Source: Balanoglossus misakiensis (taxonomy: Eukaryota; Animalia; Hemichordata). From it: a DNA stretch of 9,433 bases. Where the stretch lies: contig CM082593.2 of the NCBI GenBank assembly GCA_040954595.2, forward strand, positions 10,419,944 to 10,429,376, in the 5' to 3' direction. Positions 9,015 through 9,433 of this stretch are shown here, piece by piece. The notes beneath the pieces are model-generated. The model was not told the DNA's origin, searched no databases, and worked only from the letters and a program-made list of their open reading frames with translations. Within the stretch, counting starts at the first letter, position 1. The number at the start of each line of letters is the position of its first letter. The position numbers and the translations under genes were made by a program.

Positions 9015-9433
9015 GTGCACAAAAACTTTAAATACAATACTAAAACGATATTTGGTCCATAACGCACTTATAAATAAAATTATTAGATATTGATTTCAAA
9101 TTCAAAAACACACAATATTTTTAGGCTTGCGAATTATTTTCATCTGAAAATATAATTAACTCCAAAAACTGATATAAAATAGATGTTTTGATTCGTATAT
9201 GTATTGAATAAAAATCAAATAAGCCAAAATTAAGTTTTTAATATGAAAATGATTTAATAGGCATTTCCAATATAAATGTTTTGCTTATCATTCTAAAGTC
9301 TCTTTTGAATGTATTACAAAAATACATTATTTGGCAAAAAAACTGCTCAATACGACACTAAAAACGCTGTTAGTTTCATATCGCATGTAATAAATGAATA
9401 CGATTCAATAAGCATTTTAAATTAAAAACCACT
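9012..9433 (-). repeat. Inverted repeat IR2, right arm (runs off the window)
   Basis: Reverse complement of 8243-8654 with small indels. Confidence 0.93.

Larger units (their letters stand above)
7090..9433. mobile_element. Putative foldback-type non-autonomous element or AT-rich palindromic repeat
   Basis: Abrupt switch to very AT-rich sequence at ~7090, long inverted arms built from degenerate subrepeats, and no ORF. No terminal inverted repeat pair or target-site duplication can be seen in the window. Confidence 0.4.

Overview
This is a eukaryotic left chromosome end with no credible protein-coding or RNA gene, and the organism cannot be identified from the window. It has four blocks. (1) 1-3185: a (CCCTAA)n telomere (TTAGGG on the minus strand), with five CCCCCTAA variant units just before the junction. 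(2) 3186-6284: a degenerate heptamer satellite (GGGTCAA/AGGTCAA/GAGTTCAA) that is G-rich on the strand opposite to the telomeric G-strand. It is built from shuffled 150-500 bp duplicated blocks and is dense in RGGTCA-n-RGGTCA (DR1-type) motifs. (3) 6283-7090: a C/A-rich, G-poor block of two diverged direct copies with matching decayed peptide fragments. (4) 7090-9433: an AT-rich foldback-like region of degenerate subrepeats carrying two interlocked ~400 bp inverted repeats that hinge on a 41-bp segment beginning with the palindrome TTTGTGCACAAA. All alignments were made by eye, so boundaries are approximate.
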